64,000 nucleotides of DNA from an uncultured bacterium (lineage in GTDB: Bacteria > Krumholzibacteriota > Krumholzibacteriia > LZORAL124-64-63), in NCBI GenBank assembly GCA_937864225.1, contig CALMJK010000016.1, positions 127,636 to 191,635 on the forward strand, in the 5' to 3' direction. The notes under the pieces were generated by a model. It ran no database searches. It was not told the origin of the DNA and saw nothing but the letters and a program-made list of their open reading frames with translations. Position 1 is the stretch's first letter, and each line of letters opens with the position of its first letter. This document shows, piece by piece, positions 45,299 to 58,545 of this stretch. A program made the translations under genes and the position numbers.

Positions 45299-48224
45299 CG
45301 GCGCGCTGGCCGGTCGCGCGGCGGCCGCGTTGCTCGCCGGCCTGGTCGGGACGTGCTGGGCGGCGGGGGCGACGGCGGCCCCGGCGCCCGTGGACACGAC
45401 GCTGGCCGCGCTGCGCGCGGCGCGCCGCGCCGACGTGCGCGCGGCCACCGCGGCGGCCACCGCCGTGGGCCGTCCGGCTCGCCTGACGCTGCTGGTGATC
45501 CCGGTGGATTTCGCGGACCACCGGCTGCCCGCCGACTGGGACCCCGGCGTCGCCCTCGGGGCGCGCCTGAGCGCGGTGTTGCCGACGGCGTTCGAGGGCG
45601 CGCAGGTCGCGGACGCGCCGCTGCTGCCCGCAGGCTCCCTGTGGCACTATTTCCGCGTGGCCTCTTGTGGAAGAGCGGACCTGGACCTCGTGCTGGCGCC
45701 GTTGGTGCGCTTGGCCGCGCCCGCGAGCGCCTATTCCGACCGCTGGCTGGCCGGCGCCACGCGCACGCGACGGCTGGCGCAGGAAGCGCTGGAGGGCGCG
45801 CGGGAGGCCGGCATCGCTTTCTCGCGTCTGGACAACGATGGGCCCGACGGCTTTCCCGGCACCGGCGACGACGACGGCGAACTGGACGGCGCGCTCATCC
45901 TGCACAACGAGATCGGCGACGAGAACGACGCGCAGGACGGGCTCATCCAGGCCCTCCAGTACTATCTCGAGGGGCCCGTGACGGACCGGGGCACCCTGGC
46001 CCGTCTGTACGCGGTGGCCAGCCTGCACAGCGAGCTCGGCGTCTGGGCGCACGAGGCCGCCCACCTGCTGGGGCTCGAGGATCGCTACGACCCGTTCCTG
46101 CCCGTCACGGGCAGCGAGGTCGCGGGGCGGGGCGGTCTGGGCGTGTTCAGCCTGATGGCGGCGGGCGCCTTCGGCTTCGGCGGGCGCGGGCCGGCGTTGC
46201 CCGACGCCTACAGCTGCGCGCAACTCGGTTGGCGCGACGTGGTCACGCGACGCGGCCTGCCGGGGGCGGCGGCGGACACGCTGCGACCGCCGCCGACCGG
46301 CGCGCAGGTCTGGCGAGTCTGGACACGGGGGGAACAAGGCGCGGAATATTTCCTGCTCGAGACGCGCGGCGATCCGGCGGCCGGGCTGTACGACCAGGCT
46401 GGCATGGCGCCGGGCGAACTGCTCGTGCTGCACGTCGACGAGAGCCTGCCCGAGCGCGCCCAATCCAGCCTCGACCCCGACACGCGGCATCTGCGCGTGC
46501 GGCTGCTGGAAGCGGATGGCGACGGCACGCTCGCCGAAGGCCTGGACGCGGGCGGACCCTCCGATTGCTTTCCCAACGCGGAGGGCGCCGACGCGCTGAC
46601 CCCCGACACCATCCCCGCCAGCAGCGGGTACGGCGGGCCGACCGAGGTCTCGCTCACCGACATCGCGCCGAGCCAGACCGAGGTCGCGTGCGTGCTGCGG
46701 CTGGTCGACAGCGCGACGCCGGCGTGCCTGGTGACCTTCGCCTTCGAGCCCGCCGAGGCGGGGGCCTGCTTGCTGCGCCTGGGCGCGACGGAGACCGGCG
46801 TGCCGATCGCCGGCCTGTTCGCCGAGATCGCCGTCACCGCGGGCCAGAGCTGGGGCTCGTTCGCCGGGGGCGCGCTGTCGGTGTCGGTGCCCCTGCTGCG
46901 CGACCCGGCCACACTCTCGTGGTCGCCGGCCGAGCCGCCCGTCTGGTACCTGGCGGCCGAGGGGGGCGAGGAGACCGCGTTGACACAGTTCGCGATCAGG
47001 CTGACGGGCGAGCCCGGTTTCGCGCAGGAGACGAGCCGCTCCTGGCTCTGGAGCCGCGCGAGCGATCCGCTCGACTTCGCCGGGGACTGGCCGCAGGAGT
47101 GGACGATCGAGGACGCAGGATCCCTGCCCGGCACGACCTGGCACCGCTGGAGCGACAGCGGCGTTGCGCGCGCCGACGGCGGTGCGGCCCTGGCCTGCAC
47201 CGGCACGGCGTACGTGGACGCGGGGTCGTGGCCGCTGGTGAGCTACGCCAACGGCGCGGACATCACGCTCATGTCGGGCCCCTTGCCGCCGGCGGCGCTG
47301 GCGGTGCGCCTGATCCACTCCATGCACGGCGAACTCGTGCGCCCAGGCATCGCGTTCGACGGCGGCGTCGTGGAGTTCCTGTTGCCCGACGGCAGCGTGG
47401 CGGCGGCGCAGCCGGTGGACGGCTATGACGGGCGCATCGCGCCGCAAGCGGCCTGCGCGCTGCACGACCGGCCCGCCTTCGCCGCCGAGGACTCGCTGGG
47501 CGCGCAGGGGGAGGCGATCTGGCGCGCCGATGTCTTCCTCGTGCCGCGCGCCGGCGCGGGCCCGGTGCGGCTGCGCCTGCGCTTCGCCAGCGACACGCTT
47601 TACCGCGGACGCGGCTGGCTGGTGGCGAGCCTGCAGACTTTGACCATGGCGCCGCAGAGCGCCTTCCCGGTCGCGTGGGAGCCGGCGCTCTCGCCCGACG
47701 CGGGAGGCGACCTCGTCTGGAATTGGCCGGGCCAAGTGGCCGCTTCCTTCCATGTCGAGGTCAGCGAGGACAATGGCGCGACCTGGCTGCCCGGCGGCGA
47801 CTGCCCGGCCCTGCCCGAGAGCGGCGGCGGAGCGTTCCACTTGGCGGCGGCGACGCCCGGCTGCCGGCGCCTGGCGCGCGTGCTGGCGTTGACGGCGCTG
47901 GGCCCGGTGGCGTCGCGCCCCGTGGTGGCGGGCGCGCCGCGCAGCGAGCGCGAGCCGCCGCCGTTGGGCTTGCCCTATCCGAATCCCTCGGCCGGAGCGG
48001 TGCGCGTGATGGTCGAGCTGCCGACCGAGGCCAGGGGACGGTTGTGGGCGTTGGATCTGCGGGGACGACGCGTGCGAGAGTGGCCTTTGGCGGGCGGGGC
48101 GCGCCTGCTGGCGTGGGACGGTCTGGACGGGCGCGGTCAGCGCGTGGCGGCGGGCCTTTACTTGTTCCATCTGGAAGAGGCGGGCGGCCGTCGCGCCACG
48201 CGCAAGGTGGTGGTGTTGCCGTGA
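45225..48224 (+). CDS. M6 (immune inhibitor A-like) metalloprotease with C-terminal FlgD-Ig / T9SS CTD-like domain
   Basis: HEAAHLLGLEDRYD, SLMA Met-turn, EYFLLE. C-terminal PYPNP...LDLRGRRVR...WDG...GLY...RKVVVL. Start uncertain, probably near 45300. Confidence 0.85.
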   Translation: MRYPASIVWCTTSAASRPPRSSGSSGALAGRAAAALLAGLVGTCWAAGATAAPAPVDTTLAALRAARRADVRAATAAATAVGRPARLTLLVIPVDFADHRLPADWDPGVALGARLSAVLPTAFEGAQVADAPLLPAGSLWHYFRVASCGRADLDLVLAPLVRLAAPASAYSDRWLAGATRTRRLAQEALEGAREAGIAFSRLDNDGPDGFPGTGDDDGELDGALILHNEIGDENDAQDGLIQALQYYLEGPVTDRGTLARLYAVASLHSELGVWAHEAAHLLGLEDRYDPFLPVTGSEVAGRGGLGVFSLMAAGAFGFGGRGPALPDAYSCAQLGWRDVVTRRGLPGAAADTLRPPPTGAQVWRVWTRGEQGAEYFLLETRGDPAAGLYDQAGMAPGELLVLHVDESLPERAQSSLDPDTRHLRVRLLEADGDGTLAEGLDAGGPSDCFPNAEGADALTPDTIPASSGYGGPTEVSLTDIAPSQTEVACVLRLVDSATPACLVTFAFEPAEAGACLLRLGATETGVPIAGLFAEIAVTAGQSWGSFAGGALSVSVPLLRDPATLSWSPAEPPVWYLAAEGGEETALTQFAIRLTGEPGFAQETSRSWLWSRASDPLDFAGDWPQEWTIEDAGSLPGTTWHRWSDSGVARADGGAALACTGTAYVDAGSWPLVSYANGADITLMSGPLPPAALAVRLIHSMHGELVRPGIAFDGGVVEFLLPDGSVAAAQPVDGYDGRIAPQAACALHDRPAFAAEDSLGAQGEAIWRADVFLVPRAGAGPVRLRLRFASDTLYRGRGWLVASLQTLTMAPQSAFPVAWEPALSPDAGGDLVWNWPGQVAASFHVEVSEDNGATWLPGGDCPALPESGGGAFHLAAATPGCRRLARVLALTALGPVASRPVVAGAPRSEREPPPLGLPYPNPSAGAVRVMVELPTEARGRLWALDLRGRRVREWPLAGGARLLAWDGLDGRGQRVAAGLYLFHLEEAGGRRATRKVVVLP

Positions 48225-50500
48225 AGCGGCAGCGGCACTGGCTGGCGGCGGCGGCCTTGCTGGGCAGCCTGCTCGAGGTCGGCCCCACGGCCGCGTCGCC
48301 CCTGGTCGATCCTTTTCTGGAGCGGTTTCGGGTCGGTCACTATCAGGATCCGGCGAGCGTGGCGTTGCAGGGGGGCTGGCCGCGCGACCTGTTCATGCCG
48401 TGCCGGATCGACGCGCTCTGGCAGGCCGCCGCCGAGAGCTTGCTAGCGGCGTGGAGCGGGCAGGCGCCGGCACAGGCGCCCGCGTTGCTGGTGGCCATCG
48501 CGGGCGGCCAGGCCGGGAGCGAAGGTTGGGCGCGGGAGCAACGCGCGCGGCTGCGGTACCTGGGCGAGCCGGCGCGGGCCGATTCCAGCCGCGCGTGGCG
48601 TGGCGGATGGTTATCTAAGGAAATACTTCAATTAAACACTTTATATTATTATGAAATTGGAGTTTATGATACGGCAACCGCCCGCGCAGAACTTCTGCTG
48701 GAGCGCGCCCAGAGCCTGGACCTCGCGCCGGAGGAGCGCTTCGTTTGGTCCTTGCGGTTGCGCCGGCTGCGCGCCCTGGCGGCGCCCGCGGCCCCGGACA
48801 GCGTGCCCTGGCCGGAGATGCTGGAATTGGGTCGCGGCGACGGCGCCTCGGCGTGGGCCATCTGGGTGGCGCGACAGCGCTGGCAGGGACAGCCGCTGCT
48901 GCCGCCGGGAAGCGGTTCGACTTCGCTGGCCCGCTTCCTGGTGCGCCTGCCGAAGACTTGGCTGGACGAGGCGTGCCTCGAGGGCGCCGGTTTTGCGGCG
49001 GACGAGGCGATCGGCGTGGGAGCCGCTTCCCTCGCCGACGCGCAGGCCCACGCCGCCTTCTACCGGCGTCATCCACGGCCGCCGGCGGACGGGGGTTTCC
49101 TGACGGTGTGGTTGCGCGGCCTGCTGCGCGGCGGCCGCACGTACGCCGCGCGCGCCGAGTCGCTGCTGGCCGCGCAGCCGTTGCCGCCCGCACAGGCGGC
49201 GCGCTTGTGGCGGCGGGCGGCGGAGGAACGGTTGCTCGCGGGGGATTGGGAGCGGGCGCTGGCCGACCTGCGCCGCGCCTTTGCCACGGCGTCCCCCGCC
49301 GCACAGGCGGTGGAGCGCGACGCCACCGCCGATTGGGCGCGGCAGGCCCTGGTGCTGGCCGCGGTGCGCGACCGACGGGCCGAGGCCGCGCGCATATTCG
49401 CCCTGGTCGACAGCAGCCTTTCGCCCGCGGAGCGAGCCGACTGGGCGCAGCGCTGCGGGCGGCTGCGCGAGCGCTTGGCGGGCGAGCAACCGGCGCCCAT
49501 CGTGAAGGACGGGCAGGACCTCAGGCAAGACGCGCAGACCGTGGTGCGCGCGGGCGCCGCGCTGCCGATCGGCGTCACGCCTGGCGAATGGGCGTGGCCG
49601 GCGCGGGGCAAGGCCTGGGTGGCCTGGCGCGCCTGGGGGCGCGCGCTGGCGGCTGGCCGGGTGGATTCCACCACCGACCCCGCCACGGCGATGTACGCCG
49701 CGGCCCTCGCGCGCGAGCCTGCAGCGCCGGCGGCCGACCCTGGCGAGGACTTGGCGCCGCCGGCCCTGGGGCAGTATCTGGCGCGGAGCCCGTTTCGCGA
49801 GACCGCGCTGACGTGGTTGCTTGCGCAAGCGATCGCCAACGCCGCGGGAGCCCAGGCAACCTTCGCCGCGGCCCGTCCCCCCCTGCACGCGGACAGATGG
49901 CCCGCGTGGCCCGAGCGCCATGCCCTGCTGGGCCTGGCCCTGGCCGCCGACGACGCCAACGCCACGCTGGTTCTGGCCAGCGGTCTGCCGGCGGGCGGCT
50001 TGTCGCTGCAGGCGCGACTGCCGCTGCTCTATCCGGTTCCCGGGGGAGCGGCGCTGCGGCGTCAGTTGGGCGAAACGGGCCTCGATCCGGCGCTGTTGCT
50101 CGCCGTCGCGCGCAACGAGTCCCTCTTCGATCCGGCGGCTCGCTCCGCGGCCGGCGCGCTGGGCTGGCTGCAGATCATGCCCTTCCATTACCCGGAACGG
50201 GGGGCGCCGTCCGGCCGGCCCATCTGGCGCCGGCCCGAATGGTCGCTGGCCACCGGCGCGCAGCTGCTGAAGCAGGCCGGCGTCGCCTTCGACGGCGACG
50301 CCTACCGGGTCCTGGCGGGCTACAACGCGGGCTTGGGCGCTGTCCGGCGCTGGCTCCGGCAGTTGGGCGGACCGGTCGCCCCCGACCTCTTCCTTATATG
50401 GATCGGCTATGCCGAGACGCGGGCGTATGTTGAAAAGGTATTGATCGACCGGGAGATTTACGGTTGGATATTGGCCGGGCAAGCTTCCGGCGCTTCCTGA
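48221..50500 (+). CDS. Secreted SLT-domain lytic transglycosylase with long helical N-terminus
   Basis: Signal peptide. ARNESLFDP, GALGWLQIMP, AGYNAG and YAETRAYV. Confidence 0.88.
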   Translation: MKRQRHWLAAAALLGSLLEVGPTAASPLVDPFLERFRVGHYQDPASVALQGGWPRDLFMPCRIDALWQAAAESLLAAWSGQAPAQAPALLVAIAGGQAGSEGWAREQRARLRYLGEPARADSSRAWRGGWLSKEILQLNTLYYYEIGVYDTATARAELLLERAQSLDLAPEERFVWSLRLRRLRALAAPAAPDSVPWPEMLELGRGDGASAWAIWVARQRWQGQPLLPPGSGSTSLARFLVRLPKTWLDEACLEGAGFAADEAIGVGAASLADAQAHAAFYRRHPRPPADGGFLTVWLRGLLRGGRTYAARAESLLAAQPLPPAQAARLWRRAAEERLLAGDWERALADLRRAFATASPAAQAVERDATADWARQALVLAAVRDRRAEAARIFALVDSSLSPAERADWAQRCGRLRERLAGEQPAPIVKDGQDLRQDAQTVVRAGAALPIGVTPGEWAWPARGKAWVAWRAWGRALAAGRVDSTTDPATAMYAAALAREPAAPAADPGEDLAPPALGQYLARSPFRETALTWLLAQAIANAAGAQATFAAARPPLHADRWPAWPERHALLGLALAADDANATLVLASGLPAGGLSLQARLPLLYPVPGGAALRRQLGETGLDPALLLAVARNESLFDPAARSAAGALGWLQIMPFHYPERGAPSGRPIWRRPEWSLATGAQLLKQAGVAFDGDAYRVLAGYNAGLGAVRRWLRQLGGPVAPDLFLIWIGYAETRAYVEKVLIDREIYGWILAGQASGAS

Positions 50501-50564
50501 GCGCTTTTTGCCCCACCGGCGGGTAGATTTGGGTCCTTTTTGCAAGGATGGGGCAGCGTTGGGA

Positions 50565-51320
50565 ATGCCGACAACCCGACCCGACCCCCCGCGAACCACG
50601 CCCGGCGCCCGCCGGGGCCGACCGCGGTTCCGCCGCCATGAGAAGCAAGCGACAGTCGCGCAGACAGTTCCCCGCGTGCAATTGCCGCTGCGCAAAGAGA
50701 TCGAATGGGATCGCAAGGGGATCCACCTCACTTCGACGCTCCTGGCTTTTTGGACGTATTTTCTCGATGAACCGTTGGCCACGGCTGGCCTGGCCCTTGC
50801 AACAATCTTTGTGATCGCCGTGGACTTGGCGCGATTGGGCTCGCGGCGCTGGGCGCTGTGGGTCTACCGCAAATTCCCCTTGGTCTTTCGGCGGGACGAG
50901 CGGCACGCGCTGTCGGGAGCCTCGGTCATGATGATCGGGGTCACCCTCGCATCGGCCGCCTTCCCCGCCAAGCCGGCGACGGCGGGCATTTTGTGCCTGA
51001 CGTGGGGGGACTCGGCGGCGGCGCTGGTGGGGCAGGCCTGGACCCACTGGGCTACGAAACGAAAGTTGCGCCGGGCGGGCCAGGCGAGGGGCCACGTGGT
51101 CATGAAGAGGGGTCGCAAGACCCTGGCCGGCACGTTGGGCTGCCTCGTCGTGTCCATGATGATGGTGCTCTTGGTCATGGGGCCGCAGCCCTGGCTGGCG
51201 CTCCTGGGCGGCCTAGCCGCCGCGCTCATGGAACGCTGGACCCATGGCCGCTGGGACAACCTGACGATGCCGGTGGGCACGGCGGCGGTCATCCAACTGG
51301 CCCTGGTCTGGATGAGGTGA
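50565..51320 (+). CDS. CTP-dependent polyprenol/diacylglycerol kinase family membrane protein
   Basis: Motifs RKGIH, RRDE, GDSAAALVG, KTLAG and DNL. Multiple TM helices. Confidence 0.8.
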   Translation: MPTTRPDPPRTTPGARRGRPRFRRHEKQATVAQTVPRVQLPLRKEIEWDRKGIHLTSTLLAFWTYFLDEPLATAGLALATIFVIAVDLARLGSRRWALWVYRKFPLVFRRDERHALSGASVMMIGVTLASAAFPAKPATAGILCLTWGDSAAALVGQAWTHWATKRKLRRAGQARGHVVMKRGRKTLAGTLGCLVVSMMMVLLVMGPQPWLALLGGLAAALMERWTHGRWDNLTMPVGTAAVIQLALVWMR

Positions 51321-51357
51321 GGCGCCTCCTCCCGGCCGGGCCGGGAGAACGAGGCCC

Positions 51358-52281
51358 ATGTTCCTGCGACAGCTCCTGCGCTTCCTGCCGGGCGGCCCGT
51401 ACACGGAAGGGCTGCGGGCCTACGATGTCGGCGACTACGCAGCGGCCAGGCGCGCCTTCCGCGCCTACCTCGCCCTGCCCGAAGGTCGCTATCGCGATAA
51501 GGCGGCCTTTCACCTGTGCGAGTCCTGCATCCAGGCCGGCGAGCACGCCCTCGATGAAGGCCGGGCACAGGAGGCCGTCGACTTCCTGCGCGAGGCCCTG
51601 ACGCTGCATCCCGAGTACGCCGACGTTCACAACAAGCTGGGAGAAGCCCTGCTGCAGTTGGGCAGCCGCGACGAGGCGTCCGCCAGTTTCCACGACGCGC
51701 TCGCCCGCAATCCCCGCTTCTACCGCGCCCGGCTGAACCTGGCCCGCGCGCTCTTGGCGGGGGGCGATTCCGCGGCGGCCATCGACGCGTTGGTGGAAAT
51801 GCAACGGGTCTGTCCGCCCTTGCTCAAGGGGCAGGCGGCGGAACTGGTGCGGCAATGCCGCGAGGGGGACGTCGCCCAGATGCAGGCCGCCATCGAGCAG
51901 TTCACCGGCGCGGCGCCGAGCGAATTGGACCTGCGCCGGGCCCAAGCGTTGGAAGCGATCCAGAGAGGCGACAACGGGCTGGCGGTGTCGATCCTGGCCG
52001 GGTTGTTGGAGTCGCACGGGCAGTACGCCGACTTGCATCACCTGCTGGGGCTCGCGTACGGGAACGCCGGGATGCTGGACGACGCCATCCTGGAATTTCG
52101 CCGCGCGCTGGAGCTGAACCCGCGCCTGAACAAGGCGCGCATCAACCTGGGTGTCTCGCTGCTGGAAGCCGCGCGCTATACGGAGGCCGGCGCGGAACTC
52201 CGACTGGCCGAGGAGGCGGAGCCGTGCAACCCGCTGGTCTTGAACGCCCTCAGGGAACTGACGACCCTGACGGAGGCCTGA
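51358..52281 (+). CDS. TPR repeat protein
   Basis: Repeated YADVHNKLG / YADLHHLLG...ALELNP...ARINLG units. Confidence 0.88.
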   Translation: MFLRQLLRFLPGGPYTEGLRAYDVGDYAAARRAFRAYLALPEGRYRDKAAFHLCESCIQAGEHALDEGRAQEAVDFLREALTLHPEYADVHNKLGEALLQLGSRDEASASFHDALARNPRFYRARLNLARALLAGGDSAAAIDALVEMQRVCPPLLKGQAAELVRQCREGDVAQMQAAIEQFTGAAPSELDLRRAQALEAIQRGDNGLAVSILAGLLESHGQYADLHHLLGLAYGNAGMLDDAILEFRRALELNPRLNKARINLGVSLLEAARYTEAGAELRLAEEAEPCNPLVLNALRELTTLTEA

Positions 52282-52282
52282 C

Positions 52283-53023
52283 GTGGCGGAGCTGACCTAC
52301 TACGACATCCTGCAGGTGCACCCGAGCGCTTCCGAGGACGCGATCCGTGCGGCCTACTTCAGGCTTGCCAAGATCTATCACCCTGACCTGCGCCGGCAGG
52401 ATCAGCGCCCCGAAGACACCGAGCGCTTCATCGAGATCAATCGCGCCTACACGGTCCTGTTGGATCCCGCGCGACGGCAGACCTACGACCTCGACCTGCA
52501 AGATCGCGGCGCGCCGCGGCAAGCGGACGGCGCGGCGAACGCGGCGGCGATCGAAACCCCCGCCGACGACGGCGAGCCCAGGCCCGCGACCGCCGCCCCC
52601 CGCCCGTGGGCGGGCCAAGGCGAGGCGGGCCGCGCCTTCATCAAGGCCGAGCAACTGGTCGACGAGGGGCGCGTGAAGGACGCCGCGCGTCTTTTGCTGG
52701 CGCTGGTGCGCGTCGAACCGGACAACCCCGGCTACCTCTCGCTGGCCGGGTACGCGCTGGCCAAGGCGGGGGAAAATCTGCACAAGGCGCGCGATTTCTG
52801 CCGGCGCTCCTTCGAAATGGAGCCGTACAACGCAACCTATTGCGCGCGGCTCGGATACGTGTACGTGGCCGCGGGCTTGCCCAAGCTCGCGGAAAAGATC
52901 TTCGCCGACGCGCTCAAGCTCGATCCGGCGCAGCCCTTGGCCCGACAGTACGCGGGGCGGGCCCAGGCGAGCGTGCCCAGCGGGGGCCTGATGACCCAGC
53001 TCAAGGGCCTGCTGTCTCGTTGA
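52283..53023 (+). CDS. J-domain plus TPR protein
   Basis: YYDILQV...AYFRLAKIYHPD...INRAY...YD, followed by TPR-like helices. Confidence 0.9.
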   Translation: MAELTYYDILQVHPSASEDAIRAAYFRLAKIYHPDLRRQDQRPEDTERFIEINRAYTVLLDPARRQTYDLDLQDRGAPRQADGAANAAAIETPADDGEPRPATAAPRPWAGQGEAGRAFIKAEQLVDEGRVKDAARLLLALVRVEPDNPGYLSLAGYALAKAGENLHKARDFCRRSFEMEPYNATYCARLGYVYVAAGLPKLAEKIFADALKLDPAQPLARQYAGRAQASVPSGGLMTQLKGLLSR

Positions 53024-53048
53024 CAGCGCCGGTCGTCCGTCCTAGCTT
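53020..53048 (+). promoter_or_regulatory. Sigma70 promoter of secA
   Basis: TTGACA-N17-TAGCTT. Confidence 0.65.
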
Positions 53049-53153
53049 CAGCCCCGGAACCGGCCCGCTCGCGCGGCGGGCGGCGCGCTCGCTACGGGTC
53101 TCGTCCCGGCCGGCCGGGAGGGACCCTTTTCTACGATCGGGAGGACGAAGCCG

Positions 53154-56219
<3,066 letters not shown>

Positions 56220-56328
56220 AGCGCCTCGACTTGCGGCTCGCCGCGCCCTGTGCTAGGGTGCCCGACCGTTGCGCCTAACGGAAGGGGCCGGCGCGCCACG
56301 CGGCGTGCGGGCGCCGGAAACAGGTGTC

Positions 56329-58545
56329 ATGACGAAGACGCTGCTGATCGTCGAGAGCCCGGCCAAGGCCAAGACGATCCAGAAGTACCTCGGACGCGGC
56401 TATACCGTGAAGGCCTCCGTGGGCCACGTCATCGATCTGCCGAAGACCAAGCTGGGCGTGGACGTCGAGCACGACTTCCGTCCCGACTACACGGTGATCC
56501 GGGGCAAGAACAAGGTCCTGAAGGAACTCCTCGACGCCGCCAAGAAGAGCGAACTCGTGCTGCTGGCCACGGACCTCGACCGCGAGGGGGAGGCCATCGC
56601 CTGGCACATCGCCAACCATCTGGAGCGCGCCGCCAAGCCGATCCGCCGCATCATATTCAACGAGATCACGCAGGCGGCGATCGCGCGCGCGGTCGCGCAG
56701 CCCGGCGAGATCGACGAACGCAAGGTGAACGCCCAACAGGCGCGCCGCATCCTGGACCGCCTGGTCGGCTATCAGGTCTCGCCCGAGCTCTGGAAACTCT
56801 TCTACAAGGGGCTCTCCGCCGGGCGGGTGCAGACGGTCGCGCTGCGGCTGATCTGCGAGCGCGAGGCGCAGATCGAGGCGTTCCGCGCGCAGGAGTACTG
56901 GACCGTGCACGCCCTGTTCGCGGCCCAGGGCCCCGAGGGGCCCCAGGAGTTCGCGACCGACCTGATCTCGGTCGACGGGGCGCGCGCGCAGCTGGCGGAC
57001 GAGGCGGCCGCGCAGGATGTGCTGGCGCGCGTGCGCGCGGCGGACAAGGACTTCCGGATCGCGCAGGTTGAGCGCCGCGAGCGCAAGCGGACGCCGCGCG
57101 CGCCGTTCATCACGAGCACCCTGCAGCAGGAGGCGGCCGCGCGCTGCGGCTTCTCGGCCAAGAAGACCATGGCGGTCGCGCAGGCTCTCTACGAGGGGCT
57201 CGATCTGGGCGAGGAAGGGCCGGTCGGGCTCATCACCTACATGCGGACCGATTCCGTGCGCGTGTCGGAGGAAGCATTGCGGCAGGTCCGGGAGCTGATC
57301 GGCGCCCGCTTCGGACCCGATTTCGTCGCGCCCCAGCCGCGCGTCTATCGCAGTCCCGCCAAGGCGCAAGACGCGCACGAAGCCATTCGGCCCACCTCCT
57401 TCGAACGCACGCCCGAAAGCGTGCGCGACCTGCTGCCGCGCGACCATTTCCGCCTGTACGAGCTGATCTGGCAGCGGGCCGTGGCGAGCCAGATGCCGGA
57501 CGCGCGCCTGGACCAGACGTCGATCACCGTCGCCGGCGGCGGACTGCAGTTCCGCGCGACGGGCTCCATCGTCACCTTCCCCGGCTTTCTGCGGGTCTAT
57601 CCGGACGCCGAGGCGGACGCCGAGCGCTTGCTGCCCGCGGTCGCCGAGGGCGCGGCCACGGAATTGGCGGCGCCGCCCGAGGGCAAGCAGCACTTCACCC
57701 AGCCGCCGGCCCGCTTTCGCGACGCTTCCCTGGTGCGCGAGCTGGAGACGAGCGGCATCGGCCGCCCCAGCACGTACGCGGCCATCATCTCCACGCTGAT
57801 CGATCGCGGCTACGTCGAGCGTGAGAGCCGCCAGTTCGTGCCCACGCGCCTGGGCCGCGAGGTGTGGCAGGTGCTGGGCGGGGCGCTGCCGCACCTGTTC
57901 GCCGTGGAGTTCACGGCCACGATGGAGGACGAGCTCGACCGCATCGAGGGCGGCGAGCTGCCGTGGCAAGAGGTCGTGCGCGACTTCTACGCGCCCTTCC
58001 GCGCCGAACTCGACGAAATGGAGCGGCGGCGCGACGACCTGCGGCGCGAGATCAACGTCCCGACCGATCTCGATTGCCCGAAATGCGGCCAGGCGAAGCT
58101 CGTGGAGCGGTGGGGCAGCAACGGCAAGTTCCTGGCCTGTCCCCGCTATCCCGAGTGCCGCCACGCGCAGCCGCTGCCCGACGAGATCCACGCCCTCGAC
58201 GAGCCTTGCCCCGCATGCGGGCAACCGCTGCAGATTCGCGCCGGACGCTTCGGGCGCTTCATCGCCTGCACCGGCTACCCGGATTGCAAGCACACGCGAC
58301 CGCTGCCGCTGGGCGTGGCCTGCCCCAAGTGCGGCAAGGACCTCGCGGAGCGGCGCAGCAAGCGGGGCCGCACCTTCTTCGGCTGCACCGGCTACCCGCA
58401 ATGCGACTTCGTGTCCTGGAATCGGCCCGTGAACCGCCCCTGTGAGAATCCCGGCTGCGGCAGCCCCTACCTGGTCGAGAGATTCAGCCAGGCCAAGGGG
58501 CGCCACCTGGTGTGCCCGCAGTGCAAGACGGAAGCGCTGGATTGA
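56329..58545 (+). CDS. topA: DNA topoisomerase I
   Basis: Motifs IVESPAK, DLDREGE, SAGRVQ, ITYMRTD and GIGRPSTY. C4 zinc ribbons. Confidence 0.98.
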   Translation: MTKTLLIVESPAKAKTIQKYLGRGYTVKASVGHVIDLPKTKLGVDVEHDFRPDYTVIRGKNKVLKELLDAAKKSELVLLATDLDREGEAIAWHIANHLERAAKPIRRIIFNEITQAAIARAVAQPGEIDERKVNAQQARRILDRLVGYQVSPELWKLFYKGLSAGRVQTVALRLICEREAQIEAFRAQEYWTVHALFAAQGPEGPQEFATDLISVDGARAQLADEAAAQDVLARVRAADKDFRIAQVERRERKRTPRAPFITSTLQQEAAARCGFSAKKTMAVAQALYEGLDLGEEGPVGLITYMRTDSVRVSEEALRQVRELIGARFGPDFVAPQPRVYRSPAKAQDAHEAIRPTSFERTPESVRDLLPRDHFRLYELIWQRAVASQMPDARLDQTSITVAGGGLQFRATGSIVTFPGFLRVYPDAEADAERLLPAVAEGAATELAAPPEGKQHFTQPPARFRDASLVRELETSGIGRPSTYAAIISTLIDRGYVERESRQFVPTRLGREVWQVLGGALPHLFAVEFTATMEDELDRIEGGELPWQEVVRDFYAPFRAELDEMERRRDDLRREINVPTDLDCPKCGQAKLVERWGSNGKFLACPRYPECRHAQPLPDEIHALDEPCPACGQPLQIRAGRFGRFIACTGYPDCKHTRPLPLGVACPKCGKDLAERRSKRGRTFFGCTGYPQCDFVSWNRPVNRPCENPGCGSPYLVERFSQAKGRHLVCPQCKTEALD

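Noticed and set aside
48632-48659. AT-rich tract as a canonical dif site
   Set aside because: Only a partial TTATG half-site is present, and the other arm does not fit the 11-6-11 XerC/XerD consensus. Similar partial matches near 19570 and 37235 also fail.
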